56,440 nucleotides of DNA from an uncultured Dehalococcoidales bacterium (GTDB lineage: Bacteria; Chloroflexota; Dehalococcoidia; Dehalococcoidales; UBA2162), in assembly GCA_964499775.1 (NCBI GenBank), contig CAZCMK010000001.1:22243-78682 (forward strand), given 5' to 3'. Positions 9,331-17,848 of the stretch are shown here, in pieces (the stretch's first letter is position 1; the number at the start of each line of letters is the position of its first letter). The notes beneath the pieces are model-generated. The model had not been told where the DNA came from. It was given only the letters and a program-made list of their open reading frames with translations, and searched no databases. The translations under genes were made by a program, and so were the position numbers.

Positions 9331-10806
9331 ATGGAACACTTCGAATCGTTGTTCAATCCCGAGAGCGTTGCCGTGGTCGGAGCGTCCAATGCCATGCACA
9401 AATGGGGCGCCGGCGTCTTCAGCAGTGTTTTAAGGACTTCCAAGGTGAAAAGAATATACCCGGTCAACAAAAATACCCCGGAGGTACAGGGAGTTAAGAC
9501 CTACCCTTCCGTAAGGGATTTACCCGAGCCGGTCGACTTCGTAGCGATAGTAATCCCTTATGATTCCGTGCTCGATGTGGTGCGGGACTGCGTTGCCAGA
9601 GGCGCCAAATCCGCTCTCATCATTACCGCCGGGCTGGGCGAGACGGGTCCGGAAGGAGCAAAGCTTCAGGAAGAGATTGTCCGGACGGCGCGTGAAGGCG
9701 GACTGCGACTCGTCGGACCGAACTGCATGGGACATTTCAATGCGGCGAACGACTTTTCCACCGTGCGGATGGGATTGTCCATGGACAAGGGTGAAATAGG
9801 AGTTATCTCGGAAAGCGGCGGTTTTGCCGGACATATTCTCCAGTGCGGCACCGAGATGGGCGTGGGTTTCAGCAAATTCGTCAGTACCGGCAATGAAGCC
9901 GACCTGCACTTCGAGGACTTCTTCGAGTACTACGCACAGGACGATGATACCCGTGTGATTACAGCCTATATAGAAGGTTTGAGGGAAGGTAAGCGTTTCT
10001 TCAAAATAGCTAAAGAGATAACCAGAGACAAGCCGGTGGTAGTGGTAAAGGTGGGCAAGACTGAGGCAGGTGTGAGAGCGGCAAAATCCCACACCAGCGC
10101 CATCGCCGGCTCCGACCTGGTCTACGATGCCATGTTCAAGCAGGCGGGGGTGATAAGAGTCGAGGAGGTCGAGGAGCTTTTCGACGTCGCTTCGGGACTG
10201 CTCCACATGCCGATACCGAAGAGCAACAGGGTCGGCATCCTGACCTTCGGCGGCGGCTTCGGCTGCGTTACCGCCGACGCCTGCGAAAAGCTGGGGCTGG
10301 AGGTAGCCCCGCTTTCGCCCCATACCATCGAGCGTCTGAATGAAGTCCTGCCGGAACGCTGGCCTCACGCCAACCCGGTGGATATGGTAGGTTTCGGGGA
10401 GGTCACATATCCCTGCCTCTGGCCGTTGATAGAAGATGATAATATAGACTCCGTGATTGTAATAGGCGGAATCGGCCAGATGGGAATGATGAGGCGCATG
10501 GCGAGGATGAGACAGGAATCATTCGACGAGGCGGACGCGCCTCCTCCCTTCATGGAGCAGGATGAAGAGACCATCAAAGCCAGAGAAGAGGAAGAAAGAA
10601 AGAACCTGGATAAGTTATTCGAATATATGAAAAAATACCGGAAGCCGGTTATTACATTTAACCGCCATGCCGCCGATATGAAGGACGCGCCCGTGTTTAA
10701 CGAGCTTAAACAGAATGGCGTTATGATGTACCCCACGCCGGAGAGAGCCGCCAGGGTGCTGGCCCATCTGGTGGAGTATGGCAGGTACCTTAATTCCTGG
10801 CTATAA
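9331..10806 (+). CDS. acetate/acyl-CoA ligase (ADP-forming) alpha-type subunit, CoA-binding
   Basis: 491 aa. CoA-binding N-terminus SVAVVGASN, GPNCMG, and phosphohistidine-type segment KSHTSAIAG. No ATP-grasp partner is adjacent. Confidence 0.75.
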   Translation: MEHFESLFNPESVAVVGASNAMHKWGAGVFSSVLRTSKVKRIYPVNKNTPEVQGVKTYPSVRDLPEPVDFVAIVIPYDSVLDVVRDCVARGAKSALIITAGLGETGPEGAKLQEEIVRTAREGGLRLVGPNCMGHFNAANDFSTVRMGLSMDKGEIGVISESGGFAGHILQCGTEMGVGFSKFVSTGNEADLHFEDFFEYYAQDDDTRVITAYIEGLREGKRFFKIAKEITRDKPVVVVKVGKTEAGVRAAKSHTSAIAGSDLVYDAMFKQAGVIRVEEVEELFDVASGLLHMPIPKSNRVGILTFGGGFGCVTADACEKLGLEVAPLSPHTIERLNEVLPERWPHANPVDMVGFGEVTYPCLWPLIEDDNIDSVIVIGGIGQMGMMRRMARMRQESFDEADAPPPFMEQDEETIKAREEEERKNLDKLFEYMKKYRKPVITFNRHAADMKDAPVFNELKQNGVMMYPTPERAARVLAHLVEYGRYLNSWL

Positions 10807-11663
10807 TGGAGGGAATTATGCCAGTATCAAGCGATAGTTCAATGAGAAAAGCACTGCCGGTGGAAGAACTGGAGAAAGTGGCAAAGAAGCTCCGCCGCCA
10901 CATAATCATAATGACGGGCAAGGCTGGCAGCGGTCACCCCGGAGGGTCGCTATCCGCCACGGATATAGTGACCACAATCTATTTCAACCTGCTGCGCCAT
11001 AACCCCGCCGACCCCGACTGGCCCGACAGAGACAGGTTTATCCTCAGCAAGGGTCACGCCGCTCCCGTGCTCTACGCCGCCCTGGCTGAAAGCGGCTACT
11101 TCCCTTTAGAGGAGCTGCCCACTCTGCGAAAACTTGGAAGCAGTCTTCAGGGACATGCCGACAGCAACGTAACCCCGGGAGTGGAGATGACCGCCGGCTC
11201 GCTGGGACAGGGGCTGTCCTTCTCAGTAGGCGTAGCTATCGCCGGTCGGCTCAACTCGAAGGACTACCGGGTATACGTATTGCTGGGTGACGGCGAGTGC
11301 GACGAAGGGCAGGTGTGGGAAGCGGCTATGGCCGCCGCCCATTTCAAGGTGGACAACCTGACGGCTATCGTGGACAACAACGGACTGCAAATCGACGGGT
11401 GGAATAAAGACGTAATGAGCCTCGAGCCTTTGAATGAAAAATGGAAGTCTTTCGGCTGGCACGTTATAGAAGTCGACGGTCACAATATCAATCAGCTTCT
11501 GGACGCTTTCAAAGAAGCAGAATTCGTTAAAGGTCAGCCAACCGTTATCATCGCCCACACCGTTAAAGGCAAGGGCGTCAGCTTCATGGAGAATAATGTC
11601 GATTTCCACGGCAAAGCCCCCGACGCCGAGCAGGTGGAACTGGCACTGAAGGAGCTGGAGTAA
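10806..11663 (+). CDS. transketolase, N-terminal (TPP-binding) subunit
   Basis: 285 aa. Contains GSGHPGGSLS and GDGECDEGQVWEA. An alternative ATG at 10818 has a better-placed GGAGGG. Confidence 0.9.
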   Translation: MEGIMPVSSDSSMRKALPVEELEKVAKKLRRHIIIMTGKAGSGHPGGSLSATDIVTTIYFNLLRHNPADPDWPDRDRFILSKGHAAPVLYAALAESGYFPLEELPTLRKLGSSLQGHADSNVTPGVEMTAGSLGQGLSFSVGVAIAGRLNSKDYRVYVLLGDGECDEGQVWEAAMAAAHFKVDNLTAIVDNNGLQIDGWNKDVMSLEPLNEKWKSFGWHVIEVDGHNINQLLDAFKEAEFVKGQPTVIIAHTVKGKGVSFMENNVDFHGKAPDAEQVELALKELE

Positions 11664-11664
11664 A

Positions 11665-12606
11665 ATGGCTGAAGAAGTTGCAATGAGGGAAGTTTACGGC
11701 AAGACTCTGGTTGAGCTGGGCAGAGAAAACCCGGATATCGTGGTGCTGGATGCCGACCTCTCGGCATCGACCATGACCAAGTACTTCGCCAAAGAGTTTC
11801 CGGAGCGTTTCTTCGACTGCGGCATTGCCGAGCAGAATATGGTGACTATCGCCGCCGGTCTGGCATCTGCGGGTAAAATACCTTTCGCCAGCACCTTTGC
11901 GGTTTTCGTGCCGGGTCGCTGCTTCGACCAGGTCCGCGTGTCCATAGCCCATTCCGAACTCAACGTGAAGCTGGTAGTAACCCACGGCGGTCTAAGCGTC
12001 GGTGAGGACGGCGCCACTCACCAGGCTATTGAAGACCTTTCTCTGATAACCTCGCTCCCCGGCTTTACGGTAATAGTGCCGGGTGACGGCATCGAGACAG
12101 CACAGGCAGTGAGGACGGCAGCCTCCGTCCAGGGACCCTTCTATATCCGGCTTCCCCGCCTCAAGACGCCGATAATCTATACCGACGACTACAAATTCGA
12201 GATAGGCAAAGCGGTCGAACTGAGACCGGGTAAGGACGTTACCGTAATCGCCATCGGGATTATGGTGGCTGCGGCACTTGAAGCCGCTGAAAACCTGTAT
12301 AAAGAAGGCATAGACTGTCGCGTGGTGAACATGCCAACGATTAAACCAATCGATGAAGCGGCTATCGCCAGGGCGGCGGAGGAGACCGGGGCTATAGTTA
12401 CCGCCGAGGAGCACCTGGAGCACGGCGGACTGGCGAGCGCCGTAGCCCAAGTGGCGGCTAAAAACCATCCGGCGCCCATGGAGTTCGTCGCCGTCAAGGA
12501 TACCTATGCTGAGTCCGGCACCCCCGCCGAGCTTCTGAAAAAATACGGTCTGACGGCTGATGATATAGAACAGGCTGTTAAAAAGGTGCTGAAAAGGAAA
12601 AAATAA
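11665..12606 (+). CDS. transketolase, C-terminal (pyrimidine-binding) subunit
   Basis: 313 aa. Contains DCGIAEQNMV and THGGLSVGEDGATHQ. Confidence 0.9.
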   Translation: MAEEVAMREVYGKTLVELGRENPDIVVLDADLSASTMTKYFAKEFPERFFDCGIAEQNMVTIAAGLASAGKIPFASTFAVFVPGRCFDQVRVSIAHSELNVKLVVTHGGLSVGEDGATHQAIEDLSLITSLPGFTVIVPGDGIETAQAVRTAASVQGPFYIRLPRLKTPIIYTDDYKFEIGKAVELRPGKDVTVIAIGIMVAAALEAAENLYKEGIDCRVVNMPTIKPIDEAAIARAAEETGAIVTAEEHLEHGGLASAVAQVAAKNHPAPMEFVAVKDTYAESGTPAELLKKYGLTADDIEQAVKKVLKRKK

Positions 12607-12625
12607 TAAAGCGGAGTATTGAATT

Positions 12626-13099
12626 ATGGCGTTAAAATTATCGCCTCAAGAAGCTAGAGACCTTGCCGGGAAACTGATGGCAGAGGGTAATCACTGAGGG
12701 CCGAGTGTCCTGCAAGTTATGTGGGAAGCCAACGGAAAAGGCGATGACAGTATGCTCTGGGCAGGCACCAACTTCTTCGGCGGGATAGCCGGTCATCAGG
12801 ACGGTGTGTGCGGCGCCGTATCGGCAATAGGGGTATATCTGGGACTCCGCTACCGCTGCAATTCCGAAGATAAAGAGCAGGTCGACCGGGCAATAGGAGA
12901 AGCGCGGCAGAAGACAGGCGAGGTTGTGCAGGCATTCAAAGATAAATTCGGCAGCATTATCTGCAGGGAACTCGTGGGGGTGGACTTTTCCGACCCCGAA
13001 GCGGTGAGGCATTTCTTCGAAGATAGTGAAAACAGGAATAAATGTCCCGGGTTTGTACAGTTCGCCGTGGAGAAGCTCTGCGAGCTGGATAGTGAGTGA
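12626..13099 (+). CDS. C_GCAxxG_C_C family redox protein with in-frame TGA (12695-12697) at the first conserved Cys position; candidate selenoprotein
   Basis: ATG 12626 is in frame with the track ORF 12719-13099, separated only by one TGA. Read-through gives ...AEGNH-U-GPSVLQVMWEANG (family consensus ..NCAQSVL..), followed by GVCGAVSAIG, IICRELVG and NKCPGFV. There is no SD before the ATG at 12719. Confidence 0.65.
12699..12730 (+). promoter_or_regulatory. putative bacterial SECIS hairpin
   Basis: Ten nt after the TGA there is a 7-bp stem UCCUGCA/UGUGGGA (2 G-U pairs) with apical loop AGUUA containing GU (12708-12726). A lower GGC/GCC helix sits at 12699-12701/12728-12730. Confidence 0.45.
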
Positions 13100-13109
13100 A
13101 AGTAAGTAA

Positions 13110-13130
13110 AAGTGGGACGAAGTCCCACTT
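13110..13130. terminator. perfect 9-bp hairpin AAGTGGGAC-GAA-GTCCCACTT between convergent genes
   Basis: Seen directly. No T-tract follows on the plus strand. On the minus strand it is followed by a moderately T-rich TTACTTACTTT. It resembles the hairpin at 27867. Confidence 0.35.
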
Positions 13131-13165
13131 CGAGACTTTCAGATATCACAGGAACCTATATTTTC

Positions 13166-13245
13166 CTGTCATTCCCGCCCGCCGCGGCGGGCGGGAATCC
13201 ATTAATGCCGCACGTCTGGATTCCGTGTCAAGCACGGAATGACAG
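13166..13245. repeat. nested palindromic element (family B)
   Basis: Outer inverted repeat CTGTCATTCC/GGAATGACAG. Inner hairpins ATTCCCGCCCGCCGCGGCGGGCGGGAAT and ATTCCGTG-TCAAG-CACGGAAT. Confidence 0.7.
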
Positions 13246-13293
13246 TCTTTAGATAGTATCTTTAAATAATCTCCATGCTGATTTTTCTCGGTA

Positions 13294-14262
13294 TTACAAT
13301 CTTATCTCTTTTTCCAACCAGTCGATGTGCTCGTGTTTTCTCCTCCAGAAAACGTCTTCCCAGATATAGTTGAACGCCAGTTTCTCCCACCCCTCGAATT
13401 TCCGGAAGAAGGCGAGTATTTTATCCGTATTAACCAGCTCTTCGTTGAAAACCAGCCTCGATATAATCTTCTGCTCCCACGGAGGAACCGTTTCCAGCTT
13501 ATCGTAAAAATAAAAGCCTTCGAAAAGCAGGTAATCCACCGATGCCGGCCCGATGCCGTACAGCTTGAGCATCTCGGCCCTTATTTCGTCTCTGCCCATT
13601 TTTCTCAGGTCGAACTCATCGATTTCACCGTTTACGAACTGCCCGGTGATTCTCTCGAGGAATTTTGCGCGGTATCCCAGCTTCAGGTCTCTCAGTTCCT
13701 GCTCGGAGGCTTCCGCCATCTTCTCCGGTGCCCAGAATGCCGAGAGGGTTTGTCCGTCGAACTCCAGCCTGTTACCGAACTTCTCAAACAGGTTCTCCAT
13801 CATCTGGACGGTACGCCTGACGGTAGCATTCTGGAGGACTATGTATATAATCAGTGTTTCATAAAGAGAGTCGGCAGACCGCGGCTTCATTCCTTTCCAT
13901 TTCCGGATGAAGGGGCCAAGGACTTCGTCATCGTGGTATTTTTCGTAGAACCCGGATATATCGGAATCGAAGTTGTACCTCCACCTGAGTTCCGGGACCA
14001 GGCCTTCCAGATAGTCTTTCGTTAAAGCTTCCCGGGAGTAGATGCTGATTTCTATTTCCGGTCTGTCCGTTGTCCCTCTGTCCTCGAACTTGAGTCCGAG
14101 TTCCCGCCCTCTCCAGAGCATGGTTATCCAGAATCTGCCCTCTTCCCAGTCACCATCCGAGGATGGAAAATATGACGGCTTGTGGAAATTGGCATCAAAA
14201 TTATAGGGAGCGCGGGGCTTGAGGGAGACGGTCTCTTTATGGTTCAGCTTTATTGGCGGCAT
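13294..14262 (-). CDS. HhH-GPD superfamily DNA glycosylase (AlkA-like)
   Basis: 322 aa. Helix-hairpin-helix LKLYGIGPASVDYLL, with an Asp about 16 residues after GIG as in AlkA. Confidence 0.55.
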   Translation of the reverse strand: MPPIKLNHKETVSLKPRAPYNFDANFHKPSYFPSSDGDWEEGRFWITMLWRGRELGLKFEDRGTTDRPEIEISIYSREALTKDYLEGLVPELRWRYNFDSDISGFYEKYHDDEVLGPFIRKWKGMKPRSADSLYETLIIYIVLQNATVRRTVQMMENLFEKFGNRLEFDGQTLSAFWAPEKMAEASEQELRDLKLGYRAKFLERITGQFVNGEIDEFDLRKMGRDEIRAEMLKLYGIGPASVDYLLFEGFYFYDKLETVPPWEQKIISRLVFNEELVNTDKILAFFRKFEGWEKLAFNYIWEDVFWRRKHEHIDWLEKEIRL

Positions 14263-14293
14263 TGAATCACCCGTTTAGGTTATCGGTCTGGAG

Positions 14294-14378
14294 TGGTGCC
14301 GGGGGTGGGACTCGAACCCACAAGGATTGCTCCGGCGGATTTTAAGTCCGCTGCGTCTGCCGATTCCGCCACCCCGGC
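14294..14378 (-). tRNA. tRNA-Leu (anticodon UAA)
   Basis: The reverse complement GCCGGGGTGGCGGAATCGGCAGACGCAGCGGACTTAAAATCCGCCGGAGCAATCCTTGTGGGTTCGAGTCCCACCCCCGGCACCA folds as a cloverleaf with a long variable arm, anticodon loop CTTAAAA and an encoded CCA. Confidence 0.9.
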
Positions 14379-14534
14379 CTTTTGGTTATTGTAGTGAGTG
14401 CTATTAAAGGCGTCAAGTTTGTTTTTCACTAAAATTATTAGGTTTTAACTTGATGAAGTACTAGGCCTATGCCTGCTGAAACTTTCTGTAACAGCCAAGT
14501 TTATATAGCAGTTTACTTGTATGAATAATGAATT

Positions 14535-14606
14535 CCCTCTCCCTTTACCAAAGGGAGAGGGAGAGGGATTTTAAATCCCACTTAGTCCCCCTTTTGCAAA
14601 GGGAGA
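14535..14606. repeat. G/C-run hairpin cluster (small family C variant)
   Basis: Perfect 12-bp hairpin CCCTCTCCCTTT-ACC-AAAGGGAGAGGG, palindrome GGGATTTtAAATCCC, then AAATCCCACTTAGTCCCCCTTTTGCAAAGGGAGA, which matches 3385-3418. Confidence 0.6.
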
Positions 14607-14632
14607 AAGTGAAGTGTCCTGCTCTCTCTCGT

Positions 14633-14803
14633 TCACTCCCACTTGAAAAAACGCGTTGAGAGAAGGGCGGCGAGGACGGTGATACCGGCTACGATGCCGA
14701 ATATCTCCCCTTCAGCCACATCGAAGGATATATCATCCACCGCTACCGTAGAGCCGTAGGTCTTCCTGAGGTTCTCGACTTCTATAACTTTCTTTGTCGC
14801 CAT
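14633..14803 (-). pseudogene. 56-codon remnant: ABC-transporter ATPase N-terminus joined to a hydrophobic tail (deletion scar)
   Basis: Translates to MATKKVIEVENLRKTYGSTVAVDDISFDVAEGEIFGI-VAGITVLAALLSTRFFKWE*. The first 37 aa are a canonical ABC ATPase start, but the Walker A that should follow GEIFG is missing and replaced by a membrane-like C-terminus. Confidence 0.6.
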
Positions 14804-14830
14804 TTATAACTCAATAAAGCTAAAAAGCAT

Positions 14831-14906
14831 TGGAGGCGACGGGCGGATTCGAACCGCCGAATAGAGGTTTTGCAGACCCCCGCCTTAACCACTTGGCTAC
14901 GTCGCC
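14831..14906 (-). tRNA. tRNA-Cys (anticodon GCA)
   Basis: The reverse complement GGCGACGTAGCCAAGTGGTTAAGGCGGGGGTCTGCAAAACCTCTATTCGGCGGTTCGAATCCGCCCGTCGCCTCCA has a 7-bp acceptor stem, anticodon loop CTGCAAA, T-loop TTCGAAT, discriminator U and an encoded CCA. Confidence 0.9.
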
Positions 14907-15054
14907 TCTCAGAGAAGCTTCCGGTGCCTCCGGAAAATCCAGTTTTAAAGAGCGGCACCGGTATCTGTTTTATCGAACTAATTATATCCTTTGAATAATC
15001 CGTGATGCAAGCTGGGAGCCACGCTTTCGTTTTTCTTATTTTGATAATTCTCCC

Positions 15055-15124
15055 GCCTGCCATATCCGCCTAAGGCGGATGGCGGGCAGGTCGTCCGTAT
15101 GAGGCAGGCTCAGAATGACAATAC
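15055..15124. repeat. palindromic intergenic element (CCTGCC...GGCAGG with ATCCGCCTAAGGCGGAT core, plus CTCAGAATGACAATACC tail)
   Basis: Core hairpin at 15064-15080. The tail matches 17374-17390 (CTCTCAATGACAATACC). Confidence 0.6.
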
Positions 15125-15221
15125 CAGCCAACCGATAAAACCATTATAATTATGCTATCCTTTTTTCATGGATAACGTTATAGTATTTAGTGAAGGGATG
15201 ACGGTATAAAGGAGGTCGGTT

Positions 15222-16364
15222 ATGAAAAAGGTGATTATCATAATATCTCTGCTGCTGGTAGCGGCACTGGTGGGCACCATTTCCTGCGCCCAGTCAGAGA
15301 CGGCTGAACAGGAAAAAGATATCTCACGCGATGTCATGGGAGTGAGCACAAGCTCGGCGCCGGGAGTATCAATATATGAGGAAAGTGAAGTGGTATCAGA
15401 GTCAGCGAAACCGGTGGTGGTACAGAACGTCGGGGCAGGCTCGCAACAGCTAATAGTCGACAGGATGGTGGTCCGTACAGGAGACATGGGGCTGGTGGTG
15501 GAGGACGTAACCGTAGCCATAGACCAGATAACATCGATGGCAGAGACCTTTGACGGATACGTTGTCTCTTCGAGGATGTGGAAAGAAGGAGAGAGACTCG
15601 CCGGCAGTATCAGTATTCGCGTGCTTGCAGAGTATTTCGATGACTCCATCAGGGCTCTGCGGGGCCTGGCAATCGAAGTAAACTATGAAAACGCAAGCAG
15701 TACGGACGTGACCGAAGAATATGTGGACCTGCAAGCCAGTCTCGAAAACCTGGAGGCGACCGAGCAGCAACTGCTCGTGATAATGGAGAAAGCTACAACC
15801 GTCGAGGATATCCTCGACGTCCAGAAGGAACTCACCCGTATAAGGGATGAAATCGAGCGGACGAAAGGCCGCATGCAGTATCTGGAGCAGACCTCCTCAA
15901 CCTCTCTTATACAGGTACAGTTGCAGCAGTCCAGTCTCAATATCGAGTTCAGTGCCGATAAGCGGAGAGGGCTAAGAGAAGGCGAGACAGTACGCTTTAC
16001 AGTCGGCCGTATAACCAGCGGTTTTCCTCCTTACAGCTACGAGTGGGACTTCGGTGACGGAGAAATAAGCACGGAAGAAAACCCGACTCACGCCTACAAG
16101 AACGACGGGTATTATACCGTTTCACTGACGGTAACCGATGACAGGGGTAACACGGATACTCTGGTACGGGAGGCATATATCTACGTACAACAGGGCTGGA
16201 GCGCCGGCGGTATTGCCCGGGGGGCATGGAACGGTCTGGTCACCTTCGGGCATGTGCTGGGAAACATATTTATCTGGCTGGGAATTTTCAGCCCGGTATG
16301 GATAGTAATCGGTTTGATAATATACTGGAGGATAAGAAAACGCAGGGCTAGAGTGCAGGACTAG
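15222..16364 (+). CDS. DUF4349-type secreted/membrane-anchored protein with PKD domain
   Basis: 380 aa. N-terminal signal/lipoprotein-like sequence (LVGTISCAQ), a DUF4349-like coiled-coil region, PKD motif YEWDFGDGEISTEENPTHAYKNDGYYTVSLTVTDDRGN, and a C-terminal TM helix. Confidence 0.65.
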   Translation: MKKVIIIISLLLVAALVGTISCAQSETAEQEKDISRDVMGVSTSSAPGVSIYEESEVVSESAKPVVVQNVGAGSQQLIVDRMVVRTGDMGLVVEDVTVAIDQITSMAETFDGYVVSSRMWKEGERLAGSISIRVLAEYFDDSIRALRGLAIEVNYENASSTDVTEEYVDLQASLENLEATEQQLLVIMEKATTVEDILDVQKELTRIRDEIERTKGRMQYLEQTSSTSLIQVQLQQSSLNIEFSADKRRGLREGETVRFTVGRITSGFPPYSYEWDFGDGEISTEENPTHAYKNDGYYTVSLTVTDDRGNTDTLVREAYIYVQQGWSAGGIARGAWNGLVTFGHVLGNIFIWLGIFSPVWIVIGLIIYWRIRKRRARVQD

Positions 16365-16455
16365 AGAGATAATTACCGTGCCGGAGGCGTGGGTACCGGT
16401 ACAGACATGGTAAAAGACATTACCCGCATACTCCATTAGGAGAATGAAGAAATAT

Positions 16456-16490
16456 AAAAACTCCCGGACAATGAGCCCGGGAGTTTTATT
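16456..16490. terminator. bidirectional intrinsic terminator
   Basis: AAAACTCCCGG-9 nt-CCGGGAGTTTT forms an 11-bp stem flanked by an A-run and a T-run. It lies between convergent genes ending at 16364 (+) and 16490 (-). Confidence 0.7.
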
Positions 16491-16687
16491 TATTCATACT
16501 CCTCAGTGCGGGAAAGGACGGTAGCTATGCAGGACAGCATCAGGACTATAGCAAGCGTCAGCCAGAACATAGCGGTGAAAGGTGCCGGAAGCTGGTCAAG
16601 CTCCGGGACTGTTTCCGTGGCCGTGATAATACCCATCAACGCGCTCAATCCACCGAGGCTGCCCAGAATCCAGGCTAATATAACCAT
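16490..16687 (-). CDS. small two-TM membrane protein, unknown function
   Basis: 65 aa with two hydrophobic helices. ATG is preceded by GGAGG at 6-nt spacing. Confidence 0.55.
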   Translation of the reverse strand: MVILAWILGSLGGLSALMGIITATETVPELDQLPAPFTAMFWLTLAIVLMLSCIATVLSRTEEYE

Positions 16688-16785
16688 AAAAGACCTCCAT
16701 TCAAGCTTGCTTAGCCTTTATTTTAACCCTAAAGTGCTGTATAATCAATACGCTTTACGTATTCCCGGTAACCAGCTGAGGGATT

Positions 16786-17265
16786 GTGAGTAGCATAGAG
16801 AAAGAGATAGGTGATTTACTCCGCCAGAAAGAACTGACCCTGGGTGTAGTCGAGTCGGCAACCGGAGGTCTGATTTCACATCGCATAACCAATACCGCGG
16901 GCAGCTCCGACTACTATCTCGGCTCAATTACCGCCTACAGCAACGAGATAAAGATGAAAGTGATGGGGGTAAAAGAGGAGACTCTGGAAAAACACGGCTC
17001 GGTTAGTCCCCAGACGGCGGAGGAGATGGCGAGGGGTGGTATGAAAGTGCTGGGCGTGGATATCTGCCTTGCCGATACAGGAATCGCCGGGCCGGGAGGA
17101 GCCACTCCGGGTAAGCCGGTCGGACTCTTCTATATCGGGCTGTCGCACGGGACGAAGACCTACAGCCATAAGCACATCTTCGGACGTGACCGCGAACAGA
17201 ACAAGCTGGATGCTTCCGAAACGGCTCTGGTCATATTGAAAGAGTATCTTGAGTCGTTGAAATAA
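16786..17265 (+). CDS. pncC: CinA C-terminal domain protein / nicotinamide-nucleotide amidohydrolase
   Basis: 159 aa. VVESATGGLISHRIT and ADTGIAGPGG motifs of the CinA/PncC domain. GTG start. Confidence 0.8.
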   Translation: MSSIEKEIGDLLRQKELTLGVVESATGGLISHRITNTAGSSDYYLGSITAYSNEIKMKVMGVKEETLEKHGSVSPQTAEEMARGGMKVLGVDICLADTGIAGPGGATPGKPVGLFYIGLSHGTKTYSHKHIFGRDREQNKLDASETALVILKEYLESLK

Positions 17266-17346
17266 GTTTAAACCCGGGGGCTTCAACCCTGTGATTTTCA
17301 CAAAGCTATTTGTACCTATCGACATGGTAATCTCAAAGTATCTATA

Positions 17347-17385
17347 GAGATTGCTTCGTCCGCCTCAGGCGGACTCTCAATGACA
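17347..17385. repeat. half copy of the family A palindromic element
   Basis: GAGATTGCTTCGTCCGCCTCAGGCGGACTCTCAATGACA matches the right half of 18851-18945. Confidence 0.7.
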
Positions 17386-17424
17386 ATACCAACCAACAAT
17401 CGATAGAACAACTGAAGGGTAAGG

Positions 17425-17835
17425 TTGAAAGATAATTTAGAGGAAAAACGGGTGGTTACCAGCTTTCTGGAGTCCGGCGGAAAGATACTGCTACTCCACC
17501 GCAGCGAGCGCGTCGGCAGCTATCGCGGGAAATGGGCCGGCGTCAGCGGTTATATCGAAAAAAGTCCCGATGAGCAGGCTTTGATAGAGATAGCAGAGGA
17601 GACAGGCCTGAGCGGAGAAGACATCGAACTGGTCAAAAAAGGGAAACCTCTGGAGGTAGAGGACGCAGAACTGGCTACAAGGTGGATAATCCACCCTTAT
17701 CTTTTCCATGTAAACGAACCGGGTAAAATCAGGATTGACTGGGAACATAAAGAGCTGAAGTGGATAGACCCGGAGGATATCGACGATTATCAGACCGTCC
17801 CGGCGCTGAAAGAAGTGCTTGGACGGGTTATGTGA
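17425..17835 (+). CDS. NUDIX hydrolase
   Basis: 136 aa. Nudix-box-like GVSGYIEKSPDEQALIEIAEETGL, a variant with I in place of R. TTG start. Confidence 0.7.
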   Translation: MKDNLEEKRVVTSFLESGGKILLLHRSERVGSYRGKWAGVSGYIEKSPDEQALIEIAEETGLSGEDIELVKKGKPLEVEDAELATRWIIHPYLFHVNEPGKIRIDWEHKELKWIDPEDIDDYQTVPALKEVLGRVM

Positions 17836-17848
17836 GCCGCTTCCCCCG

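Noticed and set aside
14782-15063. 93-aa ORF on the minus strand
   Set aside because: It overlaps the whole tRNA-Cys gene and an intergenic repeat, so it is spurious.
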